Source of the DNA: an uncultured Chloroflexia bacterium
GTDB taxonomy: Bacteria; Chloroflexota; Limnocylindria; Limnocylindrales; CSP1-4
NCBI GenBank assembly: GCA_963766735.1
Contig: CAVYBU010000002.1
Coordinates: 160,001-224,000, forward strand
Length of the DNA stretch: 64,000 bases
Direction: 5' to 3'
Part shown: in pieces, positions 17,926 to 26,797 of the stretch
How the letters are laid out: the number at the start of each line of letters is the position of its first letter
How positions within the stretch are numbered: position 1 is the first letter of the stretch
The notes under the pieces: generated by a model
The model's database searches: none
The model's input: the letters and a program-made list of their open reading frames with translations, nothing else
What the model was told of the DNA's origin: nothing
Translations under genes and position numbers: made by a program

Positions 17926-19249
17926 GGCCCCCAGGGCCCCCGCGACGCCTGAGGCTTCCGCGACCCCCACGACCGCGGCGGATAGGCTGGGAACCCGGCT
18001 CACCCGTCACCTCCCCGCACTCGCGTCGCCGGTGTTCCGGCGGTTCCTCGCGGGCGCGATGATCGGCTCGGTCGGGTCCTGGATGCAGGCCACCGCCCAG
18101 GGCTGGCTCGTCCTCGAGCTCACGAACTCGCCGGCCGCGATGGGCCTGGTCTCGGCCCTCCAGTCCCTTCCGATCCTCGTGCTGTCGGCGTTCGCCGGCG
18201 TCATCGCTGATCGCGTTGACCGGCGCCTGCTGCTGACGCGGATGCAGCTCGTCGCGGCCGGCGTTGCGCTGACGCTGGCAGTGCTGACCACGACCGGGAG
18301 GGTCGAGTTCTGGCACGTTGCCGTGCTGGCTCTCCTGTCGGGAACCGTGGTCTCCATCCAGACGCCCGCGTACCAGGCCATCGTCGCCAGCCTCGTGGAC
18401 AGGTCCGCCATCGGCAGCGCCGTCGCCCTCAACTCCGCCCAGTTCAACCTCTCACGCATCATCGGCCCGGCCATCGCCGGAGTCGCGATCGCCGCGGGCG
18501 GCCTCGGACTCGCGTTCTGGGGGAATGCGTTCGCCCTCCTGCTCGTCGTCGTCATCCTCGCCACGCTCAAGCTTGCTCCGCACACCGCCCTGGATCGCGG
18601 CGACGCATCCGTGTGGGCGAACCTGATGGATGGCGTCCGGTACGTCCGATCACGACGCGTCATCGCGGCGCTCGTTCTGCTCGCCGGGGTGCCGGCGCTG
18701 TTCCTCCTGAACTACCTCGTCCTGCTCCCGCTGTTCGCGCGCGATGTCCTGCAGATCGGGGCGGCCGGCCTGGGCCTGCTGTCAGGTGGCATCGGCGTCG
18801 GAGCGCTGGCTGGTGCGCTGGTGCTCGCCGTGCTCCGTCCCTCCGGCGGCAGCGGCCGGATGCTGCTCGGTGCGCTGGTGGTCGGGTCGGCCGCGGAGGT
18901 TGTCTTCGCTGCCTCGCGGATCGTGCCGCTGTCGGTGGTGGCGCTCGCCGTCCTGGGAGCCTGCCAGGTTCTCTACTACGCGACGACCAACACGCTGCTC
19001 CAGGTCCTGGTCCCGGCACGCCTCCGGGGGCGCGTCATGAGCCTGTACATCCTCACGTCCTGGGGCCTGATCCCGTTGGGGACCCTGCTCGCCGGTGTCG
19101 TGGCCGAGCGGACGTCTCCGACCCTCGCGCTCATGGCGGGTGGCCTGATCACGATGGCGGCCGTGCTCACGGTGGCACTGGCAGTGCCCGAGCTGCGCCG
19201 CATCGGTGCCGGCGCCAGCGCCGGCCAGGAACCGTCCGCCGCCGGGTAG
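17915..19249 (+). CDS. MFS transporter (DHA3/MFS_3-like); start uncertain
   Basis: GSWMQATAQGWLV, GVIADRVDRR, RLRGRVMSLY; about 12 TMs; SD-linked in-frame codon is ACG 17915, next GTG is 18032. Confidence 0.9.
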   Translation, partial: TTPEAPRAPATPEASATPTTAADRLGTRLTRHLPALASPVFRRFLAGAMIGSVGSWMQATAQGWLVLELTNSPAAMGLVSALQSLPILVLSAFAGVIADRVDRRLLLTRMQLVAAGVALTLAVLTTTGRVEFWHVAVLALLSGTVVSIQTPAYQAIVASLVDRSAIGSAVALNSAQFNLSRIIGPAIAGVAIAAGGLGLAFWGNAFALLLVVVILATLKLAPHTALDRGDASVWANLMDGVRYVRSRRVIAALVLLAGVPALFLLNYLVLLPLFARDVLQIGAAGLGLLSGGIGVGALAGALVLAVLRPSGGSGRMLLGALVVGSAAEVVFAASRIVPLSVVALAVLGACQVLYYATTNTLLQVLVPARLRGRVMSLYILTSWGLIPLGTLLAGVVAERTSPTLALMAGGLITMAAVLTVALAVPELRRIGAGASAGQEPSAAG

Positions 19250-19328
19250 CCGGAGGCAAGCACGGACCGCACCAACGGGAGCGTGCACCTCGTGCTCTGG
19301 GGGAATGGAACTATCGTTCATCGGACGC

Positions 19329-19354
19329 GAAACCTTTGGCGGGGCAACTGACTC
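19329..19354 (+). promoter_or_regulatory. Putative ECF-sigma promoter (GAAAC-N16-GACTC)
   Basis: AAC-containing -35 upstream of the His/Asp-rich/ECF/anti-sigma genes. Confidence 0.35.
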
Positions 19355-19412
19355 AGGCAGGGTGAGGACGGCTCCAGCGAGGGGGGCCGTACCACCAGAC
19401 GGAGTTGCCCAC

Positions 19413-20000
19413 ATGCAGTTCAACAACCGGGTCATGCGCTCGATCGGGACGTCGCTTGTGGCGGTCTTCCTGGTCGGTGGCGCGGTCCTTGCCACCAGTA
19501 GCTTCGTCGGCGGCGGCGCCCGCATCGACGACGGCGTCCCGGCGGCCGACCAGGCCACCGATTCACCCAACGAAACGGCCGAGCCGAGCACGGAGCCGAC
19601 GTTCGAGGCCGAGGAGAGCCCTGAGCTCGAGAGCGAGTCCCCGAGCGCGTCACCCGAGGCGGAGACCGAGTCCCCGAGCGCCTCGCCCGAGGCGAGCGAC
19701 GACCACGATGGCGACCGCGCCGATGATGAGGACGACAGCGACCACGCCTCGCCCGAGGCGAGCGACGACCACGATGGCGACCGCGCCGATGATGAGGACG
19801 ACAGCGACCACGCCTCGCCCGAGGCGAGCGACGACCACGATGGCGACCGCGCCCACGATGACGGCGACGACAGCGACCACGAGACGGCCGAGCCGAGCCA
19901 CGACAGCGGCGACCACGACAGCGGCGACCATGACGACGACCACGACGACGACCACGACGGCAGCCACGACGGTGGCGATCATGATGGGAGCGACGACTAG
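19413..20000 (+). CDS. Exported Asp/His/Glu-rich low-complexity protein
   Basis: Signal or TM segment, then ASPEASDDHDGDRADDEDDSDH repeats and a DHDDDHDDDH tail. Confidence 0.8.
   Translation: MQFNNRVMRSIGTSLVAVFLVGGAVLATSSFVGGGARIDDGVPAADQATDSPNETAEPSTEPTFEAEESPELESESPSASPEAETESPSASPEASDDHDGDRADDEDDSDHASPEASDDHDGDRADDEDDSDHASPEASDDHDGDRAHDDGDDSDHETAEPSHDSGDHDSGDHDDDHDDDHDGSHDGGDHDGSDD
19680..19880 (+). repeat. 66-bp in-frame tandem repeat x3 (third copy degenerate)
   Basis: Copies start at 19680, 19746 and 19812. Confidence 0.9.
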
Positions 20001-20026
20001 CCCCGGCCATTCCGACCAGAGGCCAC

Positions 20027-20764
20027 GTGACCTCCGTCCTGCGATGGGAGCCATCCGGACCCGCGATGCTATCGTCGGGCACCGCGCCGGCCCCCTCGGG
20101 GTCATCCGCGCGGATCGCCCCGGCACATCGAAGCTCGGAGGAGGCCTCAACGGACAGGACCGGGACCGTCGTCACGAAAGCTGGGACCACGACCGATGAC
20201 CGTGCGATCGTTGATGCCGTGCTCGCCGGTGACCGCGATGCCTTCCGCGGACTCGTCGATCGCGAGGGTCCCGCGATCATCTCGGCTTGCGCCCGCGTAC
20301 TCGGCGACCGTTCGGAGGCCGAGGACGTGGCTCAGGAGGCATTCGTGATCGCCTACCGGTCGCTGTCCTCCTGGCGTGCCGACGGCGCGTTCGGCGCATG
20401 GCTGTCGCGGATCGCAATCCGCCTCGCCATCCGCCGCGCCGGCCAGCGCAAGCAGCTCACCTGGCTGGACCCGCTGGCGGCCGAAGCCGACCAGCCCGGC
20501 CGGGAGCGGTTCCGCACCATGGGGACACAGGACGCGGTCGATCCAGGGCATTCCCTGGTCCGATCGGAGCGCGACGCGCAGGTCCGGGCGGCCGTCGCCT
20601 CGCTGGACGAGCCCTACCGGGAGGTCGTGGCCCTCCGGTTCTTCGCCGAACGATCGCTGGCCGAGATCGCCGAGGCGACGGACCGCCCCCTGGGGACGGT
20701 CAAGACACACCTGCATCGCGGCTTGGCGCGCCTGAAGCGCGCACTCGAGGAGGCGGATCGATGA
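20027..20764 (+). CDS. ECF RNA polymerase sigma factor
   Basis: AEDVAQEAF, FGAWLSRIA, region 4 SLAEIAEATDRPLGTVKTHLHRG; start uncertain (GTG 20027 or ACG 20150). Confidence 0.93.
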   Translation: MTSVLRWEPSGPAMLSSGTAPAPSGSSARIAPAHRSSEEASTDRTGTVVTKAGTTTDDRAIVDAVLAGDRDAFRGLVDREGPAIISACARVLGDRSEAEDVAQEAFVIAYRSLSSWRADGAFGAWLSRIAIRLAIRRAGQRKQLTWLDPLAAEADQPGRERFRTMGTQDAVDPGHSLVRSERDAQVRAAVASLDEPYREVVALRFFAERSLAEIAEATDRPLGTVKTHLHRGLARLKRALEEADR

Positions 20765-21537
20765 CGGAGAACCGGCCCGGCACGCAGCCGCGGCCGTTCG
20801 GAGCCGACGAGCTGGACGGCGTGTCCGGCCTGGGGCCCGACGAGCTGGCTGCGGAGACGCGCCTGGCTCGCGAGCTCGAGGGCACCGCCGCCCGCGTCAG
20901 CGTCCGTCCGTCCCCGGACTTCACCGAGCGCGTGATGGCTGTCGTGGCGCAGGAGCCCGCGGCCGCCCCGGTGCTCGCCGCGCGCATGGCACTGCGCCGC
21001 GGCTCCGTCGGAGCGCTCCTCGCATCCATCCGCGATGCCTGGAGGGTCACGGTCAGCCCGGCCTTCCCGATGGCGATGCGGGCCCAGGCGATGGCGATGG
21101 TGCTCCTGGTCGCGGGCATCGCGGCCGGTACCGGCGTGGTCACAGCGGGTGCGCTCGGCGTGCTCGACGGTGACAGGCCGTCACCCGTGCTCGAAACGAC
21201 CGAGCCGTCCGTCCCGGTCACCGATGCGCCGACCGCAGAGCCGACCGCAGAGCCGACCGAGAGCCCGGCATCGACGGAGCCCAGCAGCTCGCCGGAACCG
21301 TCACCCTCGATCGAGGACGAGACCCCGGAGCCCAGCGGGTCGGAGGAGCCGGACAGGACGGAGTCGCCCACGAAGAAGCCCTCCGCCACGCGCACACCGT
21401 CTCCCACGAAGGCGCCCACGCCGACCCCGACCCCGACCCCGACCCCGACGGACGAGGACGATCACTCGCACGCCCCCGAGACACCACAGCCATCCCGTAC
21501 GCCCGATCACACCGAGACCCCCGGTTCGGGGGACTGA
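20761..21537 (+). CDS. Putative anti-sigma factor (single TM, Pro/Thr/Ser-rich extracellular tail)
   Basis: ATGA coupling to the sigma gene; PSPDFTERVM motif, TM segment, PTPT tail. Confidence 0.7.
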   Translation: MTENRPGTQPRPFGADELDGVSGLGPDELAAETRLARELEGTAARVSVRPSPDFTERVMAVVAQEPAAAPVLAARMALRRGSVGALLASIRDAWRVTVSPAFPMAMRAQAMAMVLLVAGIAAGTGVVTAGALGVLDGDRPSPVLETTEPSVPVTDAPTAEPTAEPTESPASTEPSSSPEPSPSIEDETPEPSGSEEPDRTESPTKKPSATRTPSPTKAPTPTPTPTPTPTDEDDHSHAPETPQPSRTPDHTETPGSGD

Positions 21538-21610
21538 ACGTCCACGCCATCAACGGACCCTGTCGCCGGCTGACCTGTCGCCGGCGGAGCCCACGGCGTA
21601 CGCTGGAGGC

Positions 21611-22267
21611 ATGATCGTCGTCGTCGGCCTGCCGGCCGTGAGTCCTGGCCCGCCGCCGCTTCCCGCGGGTCGAGCGGCCGCCATCGCCCTGGTCGCCGTG
21701 AAGGCTGGTGCTCGCGTGGAGCTCATGGGTCGCATCGGAGACGATCCCGACGGCGACGCGCTTCTCCTGGCGCTGGCGCGCGCGGGTATCGGCCACGTCG
21801 CGGTGCTTCGCGATGCCGCGCGGCCGACCATCCGCCTGCGACCTTCCGCCGCTGCCGAGGATGATGACCAGCGTCCCGAGGCGGCGCTCCTTGGCGCGCA
21901 GGACCCGGCGCTCGAGGCAGACGGCGAGGGCCCGCGTCTGGACCCCGCCGACGTTGCCCTCGGCCTCCGATACCTCACCGAGTTCGACGTGCTGGTGGTT
22001 GCCGACGATGCCCCCGACGCCGTGATCCCGGCCTGCGTCGACGCGGCCGGGTTCGCCGGCGCGCGCCTCGTGGTTGCGGTCCGGTCGGCAGGCGCGGTGC
22101 CGGATGGGCTCCCGGACGACGCGACGGTCCTGATCGCCCCCGAGGAGGACGGCGAGGCGTTTCCGCGACTCCTCGGCCGATACGCTGCAGCCCTCGACTC
22201 GGGCTCCGAGCCCGAAGCGGCGTTCGCCGTCGTGGCCGGCGACGGCTGGGAGCGACCCGGCGCCTGA
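21611..22267 (+). CDS. Divergent PfkB/ribokinase-like protein
   Basis: MIVVVG...AGARVELMGRIGDDPDGDALL matches the PfkB N-terminal signature; C-terminal motif degenerate. Confidence 0.65.
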   Translation: MIVVVGLPAVSPGPPPLPAGRAAAIALVAVKAGARVELMGRIGDDPDGDALLLALARAGIGHVAVLRDAARPTIRLRPSAAAEDDDQRPEAALLGAQDPALEADGEGPRLDPADVALGLRYLTEFDVLVVADDAPDAVIPACVDAAGFAGARLVVAVRSAGAVPDGLPDDATVLIAPEEDGEAFPRLLGRYAAALDSGSEPEAAFAVVAGDGWERPGA

Positions 22268-22283
22268 CGGTTCCCGGGACCGG

Positions 22284-22994
22284 TCAGCGGACGGGCGGTT
22301 CCTCGGACTCCGGCGTAACCGCGCCGGGCGCGGCCTGAACCAGCTCCGGCCCGTCGTTGCGGACGTTGTTGACCAGCAGAGAAACCTCGCGGGCGCCCAG
22401 CGCCACGTCCTCGCGCGGCTCGAGGAGCGCGCGCAGCTCACCGGGATCGGCCGGGGCAGGGTCCAGCCAGCGTGCCCACGCGTCGGGCGGGATCACCACC
22501 GGCATCCGGTTGTGGATCGTCGTCATGAAGTCGTTGGGTCGCGTGGTGATGATCGTGAAGGTACGTCGCCAGTCGCCGGTCTCCGGGTCCTGGCGTCCAG
22601 TCCAGAGCCCGGCCAGCGCCAGCGGGAGGCCGGCTGGGTCGTGGATCCAGAGCGGTTGCCTCGACTTCCCGTCACGCCGCCACTCGTAGAAGCCGTCCAC
22701 GGGGACCAGGCAACGCCGCCGCCGGAAGGGGTCCCGGAAGAGCGGGCTTGTGGCGAGGGTCTCCGCCCGGGCGTTGAACGCCTTCGAGCCCGCCCTGGGG
22801 TCCGTCGCCCAGGAAGGAACCAGGCCCCACCGGTAGCGAACGACGGCGCGGCGGTCCTCCCGCTGCACGACGACCGCGGCCTCGCTCGTGGGAGCCACGT
22901 TGAAGTGGCCACCGGGATCACTCGCGAGGTCATCGGCCTCGAAGATGCTCGCGATCTCGGAGGTTGGACGCTGCTGCGTGAACCGTCCGCACAT
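22284..22994 (-). CDS. SOS-response-associated peptidase (SRAP/YedK/HMCES family)
   Basis: MCGRF, NVAP, WGLVP, NARAET, RCLVPVDGFYEW, IHNRMP. Confidence 0.95.
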   Translation of the reverse strand: MCGRFTQQRPTSEIASIFEADDLASDPGGHFNVAPTSEAAVVVQREDRRAVVRYRWGLVPSWATDPRAGSKAFNARAETLATSPLFRDPFRRRRCLVPVDGFYEWRRDGKSRQPLWIHDPAGLPLALAGLWTGRQDPETGDWRRTFTIITTRPNDFMTTIHNRMPVVIPPDAWARWLDPAPADPGELRALLEPREDVALGAREVSLLVNNVRNDGPELVQAAPGAVTPESEEPPVR

Positions 22995-23058
22995 GTCCCG
23001 GAGTCTACCGGGGCCCGGCGCAGCGCCTCGTAGGCCCGCCTCAGGTAAAGTCGCGACC

Positions 23059-24273
23059 GTGACCGACCCCACGCCGCTCGAACTCAGCTCAGTGCTTGCC
23101 CACGACGGCCCTCTGCCGCGTCCCGTGGCCCTCGCGGCCCTGGACCGGGCGGCGGAGCTGATGGCGACCGCGGACTTCGCCGATGCTGGCCGTCTCTACC
23201 AGCGCGTGATCGGCTTCGACGATCCGGCCGTGACGGCGGCCGCGATGCTCGGCCTGGGCGAAGCCCTCTACCGCCTCGACGACGACGCCCAGGCGCTGGC
23301 GACCTGGGAGGAGGCCACGCGGCTGCCGGAGACGCCGTCCACGTACGCCGCCTGGCGCAACGTGGCCGCGGCCCGGGTCCGCGCCGGCGACCTGCGCGGA
23401 GCCACCGCCGCGTACCGGGAGGCGGACCGGCGTGCGCCCGACGCCGACAAGGCCGAGATCGCCTCGCGCCTCGGGTGGCTGTCGAAGGAGCTGGGCGACA
23501 AGGGGGCGGCTGGCCGGTACTTCGCGAAGGCCCGGGGCGATGCAGGGCTCTCGTTCGCGGTGATCGTGGTGGCCGTCACGGCGATCGTGTCCCTGGTGGC
23601 GAACTTCGCTGGTCCGGACGGGGATGCCCTCAAGGCGCTGCTGATGCTGGACAAGCCCGCCGTCGCTGCCGGCGAGATCTGGCGCCTGTGGACCGTGGCG
23701 CTGGTCCACGCGAGCCTCCAGCAGATGCCGCTCCACCTCCTGTTCAACCTGTACGCGCTCTGGCTGGCGGGCCCGTTCGTGGAGCGGCTCTACGGGCGGA
23801 CCGTCTTCCTGGCCGTGTACCTGCTGTTCGCCCTCTCCGGATCGCTCGGGACGTTCGCGTTCGGCGGCGCGCCGCTCGGCGTCGGCGCCTCGGGGGCAAT
23901 CTTCGGCCTGTTCGGCCTGCTCTTTGCGTCGCAGTTCGTGCACAGGCCCCTGCTCGACCGGCAGTCCCGGGGCTTCCTGGGCCAGTTGGGCGGCCTGATC
24001 GCCATCAACCTCCTGTTCGGGCTCCTCGTCCCCGGGATCGACAACTGGGCCCACATCGGTGGGCTTGTCGCCGGCCTGTGGATCGGGCTGCTGTTCCCAC
24101 CGAGCCGCATGCCCACGCTGCGTTCCATGTGGATGCGGACGGGATCGGTGCCCGGGACGGTGGTCCCGGTATTCGGGGCGAGCGGGACACGGGCAATCCG
24201 GGTCGGTGGCCTGGTTGCGCTCGCGGTGTTCCTGGGGCTGCTCTGGACCCTCGGGATGGCCGTCTGGGGCTGA
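23059..24273 (+). CDS. Rhomboid intramembrane serine protease with N-terminal TPR-like domain
   Basis: WR motif, HLLFN, GASG, WAHIGG; helical repeat N-terminus. Confidence 0.9.
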   Translation: MTDPTPLELSSVLAHDGPLPRPVALAALDRAAELMATADFADAGRLYQRVIGFDDPAVTAAAMLGLGEALYRLDDDAQALATWEEATRLPETPSTYAAWRNVAAARVRAGDLRGATAAYREADRRAPDADKAEIASRLGWLSKELGDKGAAGRYFAKARGDAGLSFAVIVVAVTAIVSLVANFAGPDGDALKALLMLDKPAVAAGEIWRLWTVALVHASLQQMPLHLLFNLYALWLAGPFVERLYGRTVFLAVYLLFALSGSLGTFAFGGAPLGVGASGAIFGLFGLLFASQFVHRPLLDRQSRGFLGQLGGLIAINLLFGLLVPGIDNWAHIGGLVAGLWIGLLFPPSRMPTLRSMWMRTGSVPGTVVPVFGASGTRAIRVGGLVALAVFLGLLWTLGMAVWG

Positions 24274-24314
24274 GCGCAGGAACCCCAGGACAGGTCCGGA
24301 GGTAGGATCGGGCG

Positions 24315-25379
24315 ATGTTTGCGATGCTGAGCGGCCCCTGGCCCCGCGTGCTGACCGACGGAACGGATCTCGCGGCACTCGAGGTGGATGTCGCCGCCGG
24401 GCGGCGATCAGCGGCGGACCTGGAGGCGGCGGTGGAGGCCGTCGTCCGCGAGACCATCGAGGCGCAGGCCGAGGCTGGGATGGGCTTCGTGACAGACGGC
24501 CATGTCCGATGGGCCGATCCGGCGGCCGTGGTGCTCGCTGCGCTCGACGCGGGCGATTCCGGCCCGGATGGGCTGCTGCTGCGGGCGTGGCGGGCGAGCG
24601 GGGTGGCGGCCGCCGCGGCGGTCGGGGACGTTCCCGTCGCGCAGGCGCTGCCCGGGCCGTACACGCTTGGTCGACGTGGGTTCGCGGACCTGTCGCCGAT
24701 CAGCGACGAGCGCCAGGAGCGCACGCTCAGCCTCGCCGGGGCCCTGGCCGGGGATCTGGCGGCTCTCGCAGCGGCCGGCTGCCCCGTCGTGGTCGTCGAA
24801 GAGCCGGCGGCCCTGGAGGTTGGGGCGGATCCGGGGGAGCGAACCCTGTTCGCGGCTGCGCAGCGGCGTCTCCTCGCGGATACCGAGGCGTTCCCGGACC
24901 TGCACCCGATGCTGGCCGTGACCGGCGGCTCGGCGTGGGAGGCCGGCGCCGAGGCCATCTTCGCGGCGCCGTACCGGTCCTTCCTGTTCGACCTGATCGC
25001 CGGCCCCGACAACTGGTACCTCGTCCGGGCCGCCCCACCGGAGCGGGGGATCGTGTGCGGGGCGATGAGCGTCGAGGCGACCGGTGGCGAAGACCAGCTG
25101 CCGACCCTCGTCTGGGCCGCGCGCTATGCAGCCTCCGCCGGTGGCCGGGGGCTGGACCGGATTGGGCTTGCCAACGGGACCCCGCTCGGGGGGCTGGATC
25201 CGACGAGGGCCCGCGAGGCGCTCATGACCCTGGGGCGCGCGGCGGACCTGGCTGTCATGCCGCTCCAGGATGCCGTGAAGGTCGGCCTCGACCCGCGGAC
25301 GGTCGGCAGCCGGACCGCCGCGCTGGGACCGGACGCGCCCCCGCCTCCCCGCTCGCGTCGCCGTCGCGCGGTACCCTGA
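24315..25379 (+). CDS. Cobalamin-independent methionine synthase-like (CIMS/URO-D fold), degenerate
   Basis: GPWPR, QAEAGMGFVTDG, LPGPYTL, LAAAGCPVVVVEEP. Confidence 0.65.
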   Translation: MFAMLSGPWPRVLTDGTDLAALEVDVAAGRRSAADLEAAVEAVVRETIEAQAEAGMGFVTDGHVRWADPAAVVLAALDAGDSGPDGLLLRAWRASGVAAAAAVGDVPVAQALPGPYTLGRRGFADLSPISDERQERTLSLAGALAGDLAALAAAGCPVVVVEEPAALEVGADPGERTLFAAAQRRLLADTEAFPDLHPMLAVTGGSAWEAGAEAIFAAPYRSFLFDLIAGPDNWYLVRAAPPERGIVCGAMSVEATGGEDQLPTLVWAARYAASAGGRGLDRIGLANGTPLGGLDPTRAREALMTLGRAADLAVMPLQDAVKVGLDPRTVGSRTAALGPDAPPPPRSRRRRAVP

Positions 25380-25453
25380 ACCTGACCCGGAGCCCGTCCT
25401 GCCCCGGAGCCCGCGCGACCCGCTTCGCACCACGGTCCGGTGTCGCACTACAG

Positions 25454-25526
25454 CCCACCGTCCGGCAGCCGGCACCCACCGTCCGGCGGCCGGCACTTGA
25501 CACCCCGCCCCGTCGCCCAACAGCAT
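25454..25526 (+). promoter_or_regulatory. 21-bp direct repeat followed by a TTGACA -35 element
   Basis: CCCACCGTCCGGCRGCCGGCA x2 (25454-25495), TTGACA at 25497-25502, weak -10 CAGCAT. Confidence 0.45.
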
Positions 25527-25540
25527 CACGAGGTCCACCC

Positions 25541-26797
25541 ATGAGCACGTCCTTCTGGCACGGTTTCGCCGACATGCACGTCGTCAAGGACGCGGAGCTC
25601 GTCATCCGCGAGGGCGAGGGCGTCTGGGTGACGGATGTCGCCGGGAACCGGTATCTCGATGCCACCGCCGGCCTCTGGTACGCGAACGTGGGCTTTGGCC
25701 GCGGCGAGATCGCGGATGCCGTCGCGAGCCAGATTCGTCGGATCTCGGCGTACTCCTCCTTCGGTGGCTACACCACCGAACCCACCGTGCAGCTGGCGGC
25801 GAGGATCGCGGCCATGGCGCCGGTCGAGGACGCAGCGGTCTTCTTCACCTCCGGCGGCTCCGAGTCGATCGAGACGGCCGGCAAGCTCGCCCGGCGCTAC
25901 TGGGACGTGCTGGGCCGGCCCGAGAAGCGGGTGATCGTCGCACGCCAGCACGCCTACCACGGCATGGCGGCGTTCGGGACCTCGCTGGGTGGAATCCCGC
26001 TCAACAGCGCCGGCTACGGGACGCTGGTCGGCGACGTGGTCCACGTCGGCGCGCATGACCTCGACGCGCTCGAGACGCTGTTCGCGGCGCGTTCCGCGGA
26101 GATCGCGGCGTTCATCGCGGAACCCGTCATCGGCGCCGGAGGCGTGATCCCGCCCGAGGACGGCTACTTCGCCGGTGTCCAGCAGCTGTGCCGCCAGTTC
26201 GACATCCTGCTCATCGCCGACGAGGTCATCACCGGCTTCGGTCGGACCGGGCACTGGTGGGGGAGCCAGCGGTACGGGATCGAGCCCGACATGATCACCT
26301 TCGCCAAGGGAGTCACCTCCGGGTACGTGCCGCTGGGCGGCGTGGTCGCCGGGCCGCGCGTGCGGGCCCCGTTCTGGGACGAGCCCGTCCCGGGGGCGAT
26401 CTTCCGCCACGGATACACCTACTCCGGACACGCGACCGCGTGCGCCGCGGCGATGGCCAACCTCGACATCATCGAGCGCGAGGACCTGGTGGGGCGCGTC
26501 CGAACCTTGGAGCCCGTTCTCGCGGCAGCGCTGGGTCGCCTCGCCGGAAGCCCGATCGTCGGGGAGATCCGGACGGTCGGTCTGACCGGCGCCGTGCAGC
26601 TCAGCGACGAGGTGCTCGCGGCGAACCCCGGCACGATCGACGCGGTGGTGGCGGCCAGCCGGCGCAACGGCGTGCTCACGCGGGCCGTCCGTGGCGGCGC
26701 GTTCCAGATCTCGCCCGCGTTCACCATCACGGAGACCGAGATCGACACGATGGTGGACGGCTTCGAAGCCGCGCTGCGGGACGTCGCCGCCGGCTGA
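25541..26797 (+). CDS. Class III PLP aminotransferase (omega-amine/putrescine-pyruvate type)
   Basis: YLDATAGLW, SGGSES, AYHG, LLIADEVITGFGRTG, FAKGVTSGY. Confidence 0.93.
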   Translation: MSTSFWHGFADMHVVKDAELVIREGEGVWVTDVAGNRYLDATAGLWYANVGFGRGEIADAVASQIRRISAYSSFGGYTTEPTVQLAARIAAMAPVEDAAVFFTSGGSESIETAGKLARRYWDVLGRPEKRVIVARQHAYHGMAAFGTSLGGIPLNSAGYGTLVGDVVHVGAHDLDALETLFAARSAEIAAFIAEPVIGAGGVIPPEDGYFAGVQQLCRQFDILLIADEVITGFGRTGHWWGSQRYGIEPDMITFAKGVTSGYVPLGGVVAGPRVRAPFWDEPVPGAIFRHGYTYSGHATACAAAMANLDIIEREDLVGRVRTLEPVLAAALGRLAGSPIVGEIRTVGLTGAVQLSDEVLAANPGTIDAVVAASRRNGVLTRAVRGGAFQISPAFTITETEIDTMVDGFEAALRDVAAG

